A DNA stretch of 16,586 nucleotides from Deltaproteobacteria bacterium (GCA_040218735.1 JAVJQW010000054.1:1-16586), one strand, 5' to 3'; positions 1-7,949 are shown, numbered from the stretch's first letter. Notes: generated from the sequence alone by a model not told the origin. Numbers and translations are program-made.

Positions 1-83
1 CGGGCACCCGCCGCGCCGCGCGCACCACGGCGACGCGCCGGCACGCCTGGTCCTCGGTCAGCCCGAGCCCCTCGACGCAGAAC
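1..83 (+). repeat. Terminal direct repeat of the window, matching 16504-16586
   Basis: 82/83 identical. The only difference is C26 vs T16529 (GTG/GTA, both Val, on the minus strand). Confidence 0.98.
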
Positions 84-253
84 CGAAACAGCGAGCTGAA
101 GCCGCGCTCGACGTAGAGCTTGCGCCGCTCGATCTCCGCCATGAACCGGAGCGCCTCGATACCGCTCTTCAGCTCCGCGCGAAGCGCTTCGCGAAGTCCG
201 CTCAGGAGATCGTTCTGGGTCATGCAAGACAGGTTGCAAGCGTTCGGGCTCAT
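1..253 (-). CDS. HNH-domain repeat-family (DUF222-like) protein, N-terminal part; runs off the window start
   Basis: Manual translation from ATG 253 (alternative ATG 223): MSPNACNLSCMTQNDLLSGLREALRAELKSGIEALRFMAEIERRKLYVERGFSSLFRFCVEGLGLTEDQACRRVAVVRAARRVP. It overlaps, in frame, the start of the 15764-16586 HNH ORF. Not listed in the ORF track because the stop lies outside the window. Confidence 0.85.
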   Translation of the reverse strand, partial: MSPNACNLSCMTQNDLLSGLREALRAELKSGIEALRFMAEIERRKLYVERGFSSLFRFCVEGLGLTEDQACRRVAVVRAARRVP

Positions 254-829
254 GCATCGAAGGTATCATCGAGCCCCCGAAACGCGATTCGGCGCGGCTC
301 GAGGATGGCGGTCCGAGACGTGCGAGGACGCACGCCATGGACCGTCAGCGTCCGGCGATGAGTCCAAGCTCGAAAACTTCGAAACGGACTGCGTTCGTCG
401 AGGCGATGGCCCGGACAGGGCCTTTGATTTCGTCAACCCCTATGAGAGAAAAAGAACACTCCTCTGCAACTCAACTTGCGCGACCGGCGATCCCCCGCTA
501 ACCCGCCGGCGAACCTCACCGGTCCATCGCAGCCCTCGACCGCCGCCGGCGCAATCATCCGACGCGCAATCCATGGGTCTCGTGAAACGCGTCGAAGGCG
601 GGCGTTGGTCACTCGCGTGCGAGGCCTTGAAGATCCATCAGGGGGATGGCCGCGCCGCGAGCGCTACATCGGGATCGATGCGAGCGCCGCCGACCAGCGA
701 GCGGAGCCGACCGCGGTCCCCCTGCCAACATGGAGCGCGGACTGCGCGGGCCGGCGGGGCACTGCCGTGTCGGGCGATGGTTCCAAGGTGCGTCGGGCGC
801 GTCATTCCCCGCCTACGGCGTTTCCAGGT

Positions 830-857
830 GGCCAGATCCGCAAAGTCAACGGCACTG
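830..857 (-). repeat. Terminal inverted repeat, IS4-like
   Basis: Minus strand reads CAGTGCCGTTGACTTTGCGGATCTGGCC versus CAATGCCGTTAACTAAGCGGATCTGGCC at 15563-15590 (+): 24/28 identical, inner 12 bp exact. Confidence 0.8.
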
Positions 858-860
858 CGG

Positions 861-1844
861 CTAATCCTCGGTGACGCGCAGGGCGGTGCGGTTCAGCACG
901 ACCAGGATGTTCCGCCCCGTCACGTGGATCGCGTCGAAGCCCTTCAGCATCGCGAACCGGCCCGGGTCGGTAAAGAACATCAGCTCCTCAGCGACGCGCT
1001 CCCGCTCGTACGCCGCGGCGCGCTCCGGCTGGCCCTTCAGGCCGAGCAACTTCACTTGCTTCGCCGTCTGGTCGCGGTGCTCCGCGCCGAGTCGATCCAT
1101 CTCCGCGTTGAGCTCCACGTCGTTTGCGACCTTCGCGCCGCGCTTGAGCGTCATCTCGGCGACCGAGCCGGTCGAGCCCGCATGGTGCGCCGCGAGGTCC
1201 GCGCGCGATGCGAGCGCGACGTAGATCCCGTTCCCGCACGAGCCGCTCCCCGCGAAGTACGCGCCGGACCGCAGCTGATCCACGAACGAAGTGTCCGTCA
1301 CCCCGCGCATCAGCTTCTGCTCGCCGAGCGCCGCGAAGCTCTCGAGCGCCTCCGCGCTCACCACGTGCGGCGCACCCGCGAAGCCGATCTCCCGCGCGAG
1401 GTCCGAGAGGAACCGATCCTCACCCTCCGACGGCGGAGCGAAGATCCGATCCGGGTCGCCCTCCTTCGAGAGCCACCCCTGCACCGTCCGCGACCGCGAG
1501 AACACGGTGAGCGGCGACTTCGTGATCTCGTGGTTCTCCAAGAGCTCCGGCCGCTGGCGAGGCGTCGTCTTCGGGAACTCCACCGCCGGCGCCTGCACTT
1601 CGGCGGTCAGCGCCCGGAGCACGTCGGACGACGTCACCGTCGGGACGAAGCCGTCCGCCTCGAAGAACGCGCGTAGCCGCGCGCCGGCGACCTGCGCCGT
1701 CGCGCTCCCGTGCGCGAGCGCGTCCAACAGACCGTCGAGCTGAACGGACCCCGAAGCGTCGCCGAGGTTCGCCATGAACGACTCGACCGCCTGGCGCTGG
1801 GCATAGATCGGAGGGGTGCTCACCGCCCCGGATGGTGCGGCCAT
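861..1844 (-). CDS. Hypothetical protein with a putative C-terminal ADP-ribosyltransferase (PARP/ART-like) fold
   Basis: 327-aa ORF 27 bp after the kinase stop. Ordered motifs LMRGV, YFAGSGSCGNGIYVA, GFDAIHV and LVVLNRTAL resemble the ART/PARP-like core strands. The CDS is solid; the fold call is inference. Confidence 0.6.
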   Translation of the reverse strand: MAAPSGAVSTPPIYAQRQAVESFMANLGDASGSVQLDGLLDALAHGSATAQVAGARLRAFFEADGFVPTVTSSDVLRALTAEVQAPAVEFPKTTPRQRPELLENHEITKSPLTVFSRSRTVQGWLSKEGDPDRIFAPPSEGEDRFLSDLAREIGFAGAPHVVSAEALESFAALGEQKLMRGVTDTSFVDQLRSGAYFAGSGSCGNGIYVALASRADLAAHHAGSTGSVAEMTLKRGAKVANDVELNAEMDRLGAEHRDQTAKQVKLLGLKGQPERAAAYERERVAEELMFFTDPGRFAMLKGFDAIHVTGRNILVVLNRTALRVTED

Positions 1845-1871
1845 CGCCTACAGATTGGGAAGCCTTCGTCG

Positions 1872-3563
1872 TCAGCGTTTCTTCATGAACAGCCGGAGCA
1901 CGCTGATCTTCTTCAGCCGCGGCCGCAGCATCGCGTAGGCCCCGACCCACGACACGACCATCCCGCCGACCACCGCGCCGAACACGCCGACGATCGGGAT
2001 GCCGAAGATCTTCCAGTCGAGCTGCGCCAGCCCGATGAACGATCCGATGATGAACGACCCGCCGAGGATCGCACCCGACACGGTCGTCGCCGCGGTGAGC
2101 AGCGACGTGTTCAAACGCTCGAGCTGCTGCCCGCTGACGCTCACCCCGAGTCGCCCCGACGACACGTCCGAGAGAATCTGCGACACCTGCAGCGGGAGGT
2201 CCTCCGACATCCCCTGGAACTGGAGGAGCGCGCGGTAGAGGCCCCCCTCCACCTGCTGCGGACCGATGCGATCCACGAGCAGCTTCTCCGCGTAGGGGCG
2301 CGCGACTTCCGCCACGTCGATCTCCGGATCGAGCTCGCGGACGATGCCCTCGATCGTCGCGCCCGCGCGACCGAGCATCGTGTACTCGGTCGGGATCCGC
2401 AGCCGGTGTTTCATGCCGAGCGCGAGGATCTGTTGGGTGAGGAGCGTCGAGTCGATGTCGCTGATGCTCCGGTTCAAGTAGCGCTGGAGCACCAGCTCCG
2501 TGTCGCGTTTCACCTCCGCGAGGTCGACGCGTTCGTCCGGCTGCCCGAGGCGGTAGAGGGTGCGGGAGATCGTGTCGGCGTCGCGGACGGCGACCGCCAG
2601 CGCGATCACCACGATGGTCTCCTTCATCTGCGGCGACAGGCGCCCGAGGAGACCGAAGTCGAGGATCGCGTACCGCCCGTCGTCGAGCAGCATCAGGTTC
2701 CCGGGGTGCGGGTCCGCGTGGAAGACGCCGTCGATGAAGACCTCGTCGAACGCCTCCGCGATGATGCGCGCGGCGATCGACTTCTTGTCGACGTCGTCGG
2801 GGAGCCGCGAGAACGGGACACCCTCCAGGTACTCCATCGTGAGCACCGTCGGCGAGGACAGCTCGGTGAACACCGCGGGGATCGCGATGTCCTTCCGCTC
2901 GGCGTGGAGCTTCGCGAACTCCATCGCGTTGCCGGCCTCGTGGCGGAAGTTGAGCTCCTCGGTGAGCGCCTTGTCGAACTCGCGTACGATCCCGACCGGC
3001 TCGGCGAGCTGCGACTCCTCGATGACGGCGTCGAGCAGGCGGGCGACGCGGTACAGGATGTCGACGTCGCTCTGCACCTCGGCCGCGATGCCCGGCCGCT
3101 GCACCTTGATGACGACGCTGTCGCCGCTGGTCGTCACGCCCCGGTGCACCTGCGCGATGGACGCCGTCGCGAGCGGCACGGGATCGATCGACGAGAACAG
3201 CACGTAGGGATCGCGACCGAGGCCTTCGCGGATCGCCTCTTCGATCTTCTCGAACGGCAGCGGCTCGCAGTCGTCCTGCAGGTTCTTGAGCTCTTCGACG
3301 TACTCGCGCGAGACGAGGTCGGGGCGCGAGGAGAGCACCTGCCCGAACTTGATGAACGTGGGGCCCAGCTCCTCGAGCATCAGCCGGAAGCGCCGGGGGG
3401 CGGAGCCGCTCTGTTTTTCGTCCTCGTTGGGTTCGAAGTCCGTGGTCGACAGCTCGTCCGGCAGGTCCGGCGACTTCTTCACGAACTCGTCGTAGCCGTA
3501 CTTGCCGATGACGCCGGAGATCCGGCGCAGGCGCTTCAGGTCCTGGGCGGCGGCGCGCAGCAC
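1872..3563 (-). CDS. AarF/ABC1/UbiB family atypical kinase with C-terminal membrane helices
   Basis: LGPTFIKFGQ (KxGQ), ATASIAQVH (A-rich loop), VIKVQRP, HADPHPGN and DFG motifs; two hydrophobic segments at the C-terminus. Confidence 0.95.
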   Translation of the reverse strand: MLRAAAQDLKRLRRISGVIGKYGYDEFVKKSPDLPDELSTTDFEPNEDEKQSGSAPRRFRLMLEELGPTFIKFGQVLSSRPDLVSREYVEELKNLQDDCEPLPFEKIEEAIREGLGRDPYVLFSSIDPVPLATASIAQVHRGVTTSGDSVVIKVQRPGIAAEVQSDVDILYRVARLLDAVIEESQLAEPVGIVREFDKALTEELNFRHEAGNAMEFAKLHAERKDIAIPAVFTELSSPTVLTMEYLEGVPFSRLPDDVDKKSIAARIIAEAFDEVFIDGVFHADPHPGNLMLLDDGRYAILDFGLLGRLSPQMKETIVVIALAVAVRDADTISRTLYRLGQPDERVDLAEVKRDTELVLQRYLNRSISDIDSTLLTQQILALGMKHRLRIPTEYTMLGRAGATIEGIVRELDPEIDVAEVARPYAEKLLVDRIGPQQVEGGLYRALLQFQGMSEDLPLQVSQILSDVSSGRLGVSVSGQQLERLNTSLLTAATTVSGAILGGSFIIGSFIGLAQLDWKIFGIPIVGVFGAVVGGMVVSWVGAYAMLRPRLKKISVLRLFMKKR

Positions 3564-3609
3564 GACCCGGCAATCCTAGCTGGCTCGCCCCGACTTCGCG
3601 ACTTCGGGC

Positions 3610-4794
3610 TCACATCTCGGTGCGGAACGGAGCGAGGAGCGCGCCCAGCGCCCTGCGCCACCACGCCTCCCGCCACCCCTGTAGCGAGCGCTCCGTGCTG
3701 CGGTCGAGGTCCGCCATGAAGTGGTCGCCGAGCAGCTCCACCAGCCGCGGCGAGGAGAGGACGGCGGAGACCTCGTCGTCCTTGCGGAGCGACCGCTGAT
3801 TCATGTTCGCGGACCCGACACACGCGAGGTCGTCGTCCACGATGAGCACCTTCGCGTGCATCATCGTCGGGTCGTACTCGTGGATTCGGACGCCGGCCTC
3901 CAGCAGCGCCCCCATCGTGCGCTCGCTCGCGAGGCGGACCGCGGTCTGGTCGATGTGCTCGCCCGGGAGGAGGATCCGCACGTCGGCGCCGTCCATCGCG
4001 AGGCGGCAGAGCTGCTCGACCGTCTTGTCGTCGGGGACGAAGTACGGCGTCGCCGCCCAGACGCGTCGTTTCGCGAGCGCGAGGAGCGTCCGGAACATCG
4101 AAGCCGTCTCGCTCCAGCCGATCGACGCGGTGCTACGGACGATCAGGACGCGTTCGTCGGAGCCGGGTATCGGATCGCACGGCCGGGCGTCGTCCCAGCG
4201 CGCGGGGAGGTCCGCGGTCATCTCGATCCAGTTGCCGGCGAAGGCCCCCCACAGGTTTCGCACGGCCGGGCCGCGGATCTCGAGGTGGGTGTCGCGCCAC
4301 TCGTCGGGCGACCGGGCGTCGCCGGTCCACTCCTCGGCGATCCCCACGCCACCCGTGAAGCCGACGTCGTGGTCGACGATCAGGAGCTTGCGGTGGGTGC
4401 GATGACTGGTGCGCCACACGCGCCAGGTCGCCTTCGGTCGGAACCAGCGCACGTCGGCGCCCGCGTCTTCGAGGAGCGCCACGAGCGCGTCGGACATATC
4501 GGACGCGCCGACGGCGTCGAGCACGACCATCACGTCGACCCCACGCCGCGCCGCGTCGGCGAGCGCGTTTGCGAAGCGCTCGGCGATCTCACCCTGCCAG
4601 TAGACGAACGTGACGAACGCGATCGAAGTCTCGGCGGCTTCGATCGCCGCCAACATCGCGGGGAAGATCTCGACACCGTTCTTCAGGACCCGGACGTCGT
4701 TGCCGCCGAGGAACCGCGCGCCGAGCACCTGCTCGAGCGCGCGTTCTCGGTGGCGACGGGTGTCGTCGACGTCGGGGAAGCGTAGCGCGACCAA
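3610..4794 (-). CDS. cls: Phospholipase D family cardiolipin synthase (ClsB-like, no N-terminal membrane anchor)
   Basis: Two HKD motifs: HRKLLIVD..GFTGGVGI and HAKVLIVD..VGSANM; also WRDTHL and ATPYFVP. The start codon (TTG 4794) is uncertain. Confidence 0.9.
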   Translation of the reverse strand: MVALRFPDVDDTRRHRERALEQVLGARFLGGNDVRVLKNGVEIFPAMLAAIEAAETSIAFVTFVYWQGEIAERFANALADAARRGVDVMVVLDAVGASDMSDALVALLEDAGADVRWFRPKATWRVWRTSHRTHRKLLIVDHDVGFTGGVGIAEEWTGDARSPDEWRDTHLEIRGPAVRNLWGAFAGNWIEMTADLPARWDDARPCDPIPGSDERVLIVRSTASIGWSETASMFRTLLALAKRRVWAATPYFVPDDKTVEQLCRLAMDGADVRILLPGEHIDQTAVRLASERTMGALLEAGVRIHEYDPTMMHAKVLIVDDDLACVGSANMNQRSLRKDDEVSAVLSSPRLVELLGDHFMADLDRSTERSLQGWREAWWRRALGALLAPFRTEM

Positions 4795-4801
4795 CGGAAC
4801 C

Positions 4802-5011
4802 CTACGCCGTCGCCTTGAACGTTCCGTCCGGGTTGCGCGCCTGGTTCTGCGCCTGCTTCGACTTCACGTTCGGGTTCCGGAAGTACGCCCAGACGCCGAC
4901 GGCGACCGCGGCCGCGCCGGTCAGCGCACCGGCGATGGTCCGCTGCGAGGCGCTCGTGCTCTGCACGGCTTCGAAGATACGGGTGGAGAGGGTCGGCTTT
5001 TTGTTGAACAT
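4802..5011 (-). CDS. Small (69-aa) basic protein with one hydrophobic segment
   Basis: MFNKKPTLSTRIFEAVQSTSASQRTIAGALTGAAAVAVGVWAYFRNPNVKSKQAQNQARNPDGTFKATA. ATG 5011 is preferred over the ORF-track start at 5110 because it follows the sigma54 motif. Ends 7 bp before cls. Confidence 0.7.
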   Translation of the reverse strand: MFNKKPTLSTRIFEAVQSTSASQRTIAGALTGAAAVAVGVWAYFRNPNVKSKQAQNQARNPDGTFKATA

Positions 5012-5024
5012 GACCCGAAACCAA

Positions 5025-5040
5025 AGCAGGCGGCGTGCCA
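5025..5040 (-). promoter_or_regulatory. Sigma54 (-24/-12) promoter
   Basis: Minus strand TGGCACGCCGCCTGCT versus consensus TGGCACRNNNNTTGCW: one mismatch and exact GG-N10-GC spacing. It is intergenic and points at ATG 5011. Confidence 0.7.
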
Positions 5041-5174
5041 GCGGCGGCGCCCGGGTTCGCACGGGCTCTGACGGCGCGCCTGGCCACGGGTGCGCGCGCG
5101 GGCGTGACACAACTCCACGGTCGCCATCGAATTCGAGTGCGAACGCCGCCGCAATTGCACTAGCCTCGCGGGTC

Positions 5175-6476
5175 TTGGCCTCGGACTACCAGCACGCCAC
5201 CGCCACCCTCGACAACGGCCTCACCGTCGTCACCATCGCGATGCCACACCTGCACAGCGCGACCGTGTCGCTGTTCGCGCGCGTCGGGAGCCGCCACGAG
5301 CCAGGACCCGACAACGGGCTGTCGCACTTCCTCGAACACATGTTCTTCCGCGGCTGCGCCGGGTTCGAGGACAGCACCGCGCTCAACACGGCGATCGAAG
5401 ATCTCGGCGGCTACCTCGACGGGTTCACGACGCGCGACTACTCCGGTTACCAGACGACGATTCACCCGGACCACGTGGACCGCGCGACCGAGATCCTCGG
5501 CGCGATGTTCACGACGCCGACGTTCGAGCAGATCGACGTCGAGCGCGGCATCATCCTCGAGGAGATGCTCGACGCGCTCGACGACAAGGGGCGTGAGATC
5601 GACATCGACGTCCTCGCCCACCGCACCGCCTTCCCTACGCACGGGCTCGCCCAGCCGATCGACGGGATGCAGGACAACGTGAAGCGCTTCTCGGTCGACG
5701 ATCTCCGCCGGCACATGAAGCGCTTCTACGGCGCGAAGAACTTGGTGCTCTGCTTCGCGGGGCGCATCGATCCGCGGAAGTGCCGCGCCGTCGCGAAGCG
5801 CGCGTTCGGCGCGATGCCCGCGGGTAAGAAGGTGAGCGACGGGCGGCGGCCCAAGCTCCCGAACGACGGCACGCACCTCGCCTTCACCCCCTACGCCGAC
5901 GCACAGACCCGCGTTCGCCTGTCGTTCCACACCGTGAGCGACACCCACGCGGACCACGCGGCGCTGGTCGTGTTGCGCCGGATCTTCGACGGCGGCCTGT
6001 CGGCGCGCCTGCAGGTCGAGCTCGTCGAAAAGCGCGGCGTCGTCTACGAGATCAGCGCCGACGTGGAGTCGTACGCGGACTGCGGGCTCTTCGACTTCGA
6101 GCTCGCCGTCGCCAACGACAAACTCGCGTACGCGATCGACGAGCTGATGAAGGTCATCCACGACGTCGTGCACACCGGCGTCGACGCCGAAGAGCTCGAA
6201 CGCGTGAAGCTCCGAGCGCGTTGCAGTGTGGAGTTCGGCCTCGACTCCGCCTCCGAGATGACCCAGTGGTTCGGCGTGAACCGCCTCTTCTCCGAGCCGA
6301 AGTCTCCCGAGGAGCGCCTCGCGGAGCTCGAAGCCGTCACCCTCGACGACGTGCGACGCGTCGCGAAGAAGTACCTGCGCGGCAAACGCCTCACGGCCGC
6401 CGCGGTCGGCGGCGTGAAGGGCAAGCGCCTCGACAAGGCCCGCCAGACCTTCGCGAAGGCCGCAACCGCTCTGTAG
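5175..6476 (+). CDS. M16 (pitrilysin/insulinase) family zinc peptidase
   Basis: Inverted zinc motif HFLEH in VGSRHE..NGLSHFLEHMFF, downstream ERGIILEE, and C-terminal GGLSARL..VEKRGVVY. Start trimmed to TTG 5175 just before TLDNGLTV; the exact start is uncertain. Confidence 0.92.
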   Translation: MASDYQHATATLDNGLTVVTIAMPHLHSATVSLFARVGSRHEPGPDNGLSHFLEHMFFRGCAGFEDSTALNTAIEDLGGYLDGFTTRDYSGYQTTIHPDHVDRATEILGAMFTTPTFEQIDVERGIILEEMLDALDDKGREIDIDVLAHRTAFPTHGLAQPIDGMQDNVKRFSVDDLRRHMKRFYGAKNLVLCFAGRIDPRKCRAVAKRAFGAMPAGKKVSDGRRPKLPNDGTHLAFTPYADAQTRVRLSFHTVSDTHADHAALVVLRRIFDGGLSARLQVELVEKRGVVYEISADVESYADCGLFDFELAVANDKLAYAIDELMKVIHDVVHTGVDAEELERVKLRARCSVEFGLDSASEMTQWFGVNRLFSEPKSPEERLAELEAVTLDDVRRVAKKYLRGKRLTAAAVGGVKGKRLDKARQTFAKAATAL

Positions 6477-6505
6477 TCGTGATCTGCCGGCGCGGCGGAG
6501 CCTGA

Positions 6506-7312
6506 TCAGCGTCCGGTGACGTTGCGGACTTCTTGGAGGAGCTCTTCGCCCGTCAACTGCGTGTCGCGCGACGGGGTGCCGTGGGGGGCCTCGAACACGA
6601 CGTGCATGTCCGAGCGGCGCACGATCAGATCGATGCCGCGCGCCTCCGAGAACGGGCTGGTGTCGAACACCCGCGTACGCGGGGTCGATTCGCCGTCGCC
6701 GACGCAGAGCCCCTTGTCGCTCCCGTACCCGTTGAACGCCTGACGGCACTGCACGGCAGTCCCATCCTGGTTCGTCGTCGTGTGCTCGAGCACCCAGATG
6801 ATCTGAGCCCCCGCTGCGAGTATGTCTTCTTCAACCGCGGCCACCGACCTGGCGTGCCTCACACAGTCTGGTCACCACGCGTCCAGGGAGACGAACAGCA
6901 ACGCGTCCACGTCCCCCCAGGTGCCGTCCGAGTTGCAGAAGACGTCGTGCAGGTCGAGGACCGTCGAGACGTCGTTCCCGTCGATCGCCTGCGGCCAGGC
7001 GTACGGGAAGAGCGGCTGGTTGAGGGCCATCGGCTCGGCCGGGTTGGCCGGGTACTCGCAGTTCGCGACGCCCGCGTCCCGGAAGCCGCCGTCGCGCGGT
7101 GCGCCGCCACCGTCGCGCGGTGCGCCGCCGCCGTCGCGCGGTGCGCCGCCGCCGTCGCGGATGACGCCGTTGCCGGCGTCGCGGATGACGTTCTCACCGG
7201 CGTCGCGCGGCCCGGTGATGTCGTCGTCGGTGCGATCGGTGCCGCCGGAGCATGCGATCAGGCTCAGCGTCAGCGGTGCGAGACACGCACGGGAGAAGGC
7301 GACTGGCCTCAC
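6506..7312 (-). CDS. Selenocysteine-containing thioredoxin-fold (TlpA/AhpC-TSA-like) lipoprotein, ~268 aa, in-frame UGA at 6872-6874
   Basis: ORFs 6872-7432 and 6506-6862 are in the same frame, joined by TGG TGA CCA GAC TGT. Read through, this gives LLFVSLDAW-U-PDC-VRHARSVAAVEEDILAAGAQIIWVL (strand, UxxC, helix, strand). GTG 7312 starts a signal peptide with lipobox LIA-C (Cys21). Confidence 0.85.
6833..6868 (-). promoter_or_regulatory. Bacterial SECIS-like hairpin
   Basis: mRNA after the UGA folds as GACUGU-GUGA-GGC-A-CGCC-[AGGUC]-GGUG-GCC-GCGGUU. The apical loop begins 21 nt after the UGA and contains GGU, as in the E. coli fdhF SECIS loop. Confidence 0.75.
7074..7210 (-). repeat. Coding tandem repeats (21-bp x3 plus 24-bp variants) encoding an RDGG/RDAG linker
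   Basis: Unit ccgccgtcgcgcggtgcgccg at 7086, 7107 (one mismatch) and 7128. Protein: PRDAGENVIRDAGNGVIRDGGGAPRDGGGAPRDGGGAPRDGGFRDAG. Confidence 0.9.
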
Positions 7313-7346
7313 GCTGCGTATCCAACCACGGATAGGCCTCGCGCGA

Positions 7347-7856
7347 CTACTCCCCCGGTTGTCCGACGCGGACGAGGAGCTCCTCGATCGCGGGCGAGCC
7401 GGGGATGGTCGGATCTTCGGGGCCGACCTCACCCGCGGCGTCGTAGGCCTGGTGGAACAGGTGCGGCGTCGCGGCGGTGCCGAAGTCGGTCGACGGTTCG
7501 AGCGCGTAGAGCAACGGCGCGTGGTCGGCGAAGTAGACTTTCAAATAGTCCTCCTCCCGGATCACCACCGGACGGTCCACGAGCTTGGACACGTCGCGCG
7601 CGTCGCGCAGGCCGGACGCCATGGTCGTCGAGCCGCCGAGATCGATCGCCTCCGACGACGTGAGTCGAAGCACCTTCCGCGGACGCACCCCGCCCACGAA
7701 CAGCTCGACACACTCGACCTCGCGCAGCGCGTAGCGGTGAAGCAACGCGCCGCGCCGGCCGCCGTTCAGCTCGCGCACCTCGATCTTGCCTTCGCCGAGG
7801 AACACGAGGGACCTCCTGAAACGAACCGAAATGTCCAAGACACGTGCTGCGCTCAC
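7347..7856 (-). CDS. Hypothetical protein (~169 aa)
   Basis: GTG 7856 has AAGGAG 8 nt upstream. The ORF fills the gap upstream of the selenoprotein gene on the same strand and has a protein-like composition. No recognised motif. Confidence 0.6.
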   Translation of the reverse strand: MSAARVLDISVRFRRSLVFLGEGKIEVRELNGGRRGALLHRYALREVECVELFVGGVRPRKVLRLTSSEAIDLGGSTTMASGLRDARDVSKLVDRPVVIREEDYLKVYFADHAPLLYALEPSTDFGTAATPHLFHQAYDAAGEVGPEDPTIPGSPAIEELLVRVGQPGE

Positions 7857-7949
7857 GGTGCCGACTCCTTCGCTCCCCCGCCCCATTGTACGAGTGACGC
7901 GAGCACCCTGTTTCATTCGAACCGACCGTTACGATCATCGTCCGTGATC

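Larger units (their letters stand above)
1..857. mobile_element. One end of a TIR-bounded, transposase-free element carrying the HNH gene (copy A: gene 5' part, ~600 bp non-coding region, TIR)
   Basis: Shares 83 bp with the window end and terminates in a 28-bp sequence that is an inverted match (24/28) to 15563-15590. Confidence 0.7.

Noticed and set aside
424-436. FNR/CRP-like site TTGAT-ttc-GTCAA
   Set aside because: The spacer is 3 nt rather than 4 and there is no clear target promoter.
120-1676. 518-aa plus-strand ORF and the other long Arg/Pro/Ala-rich ORFs (e.g. 1710-3719, 1420-3573, 5160-6749, 6822-8285, 12849-14354)
   Set aside because: These are shadow frames of well-supported genes in GC-rich DNA with no motifs. 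The 120-1676 ORF also crosses the element boundary.
4815-5174. 120-aa N-terminal extension of the M16 peptidase
   Set aside because: It overlaps the opposite-strand small gene and its sigma54 promoter; M16 similarity begins near 5175.
6872-6874. Nonsense mutation (pseudogene) or two separate genes
   Set aside because: The TGA sits exactly at the catalytic position of a WxxxC thioredoxin motif and is followed by a SECIS-like hairpin, so selenocysteine is the simpler explanation.
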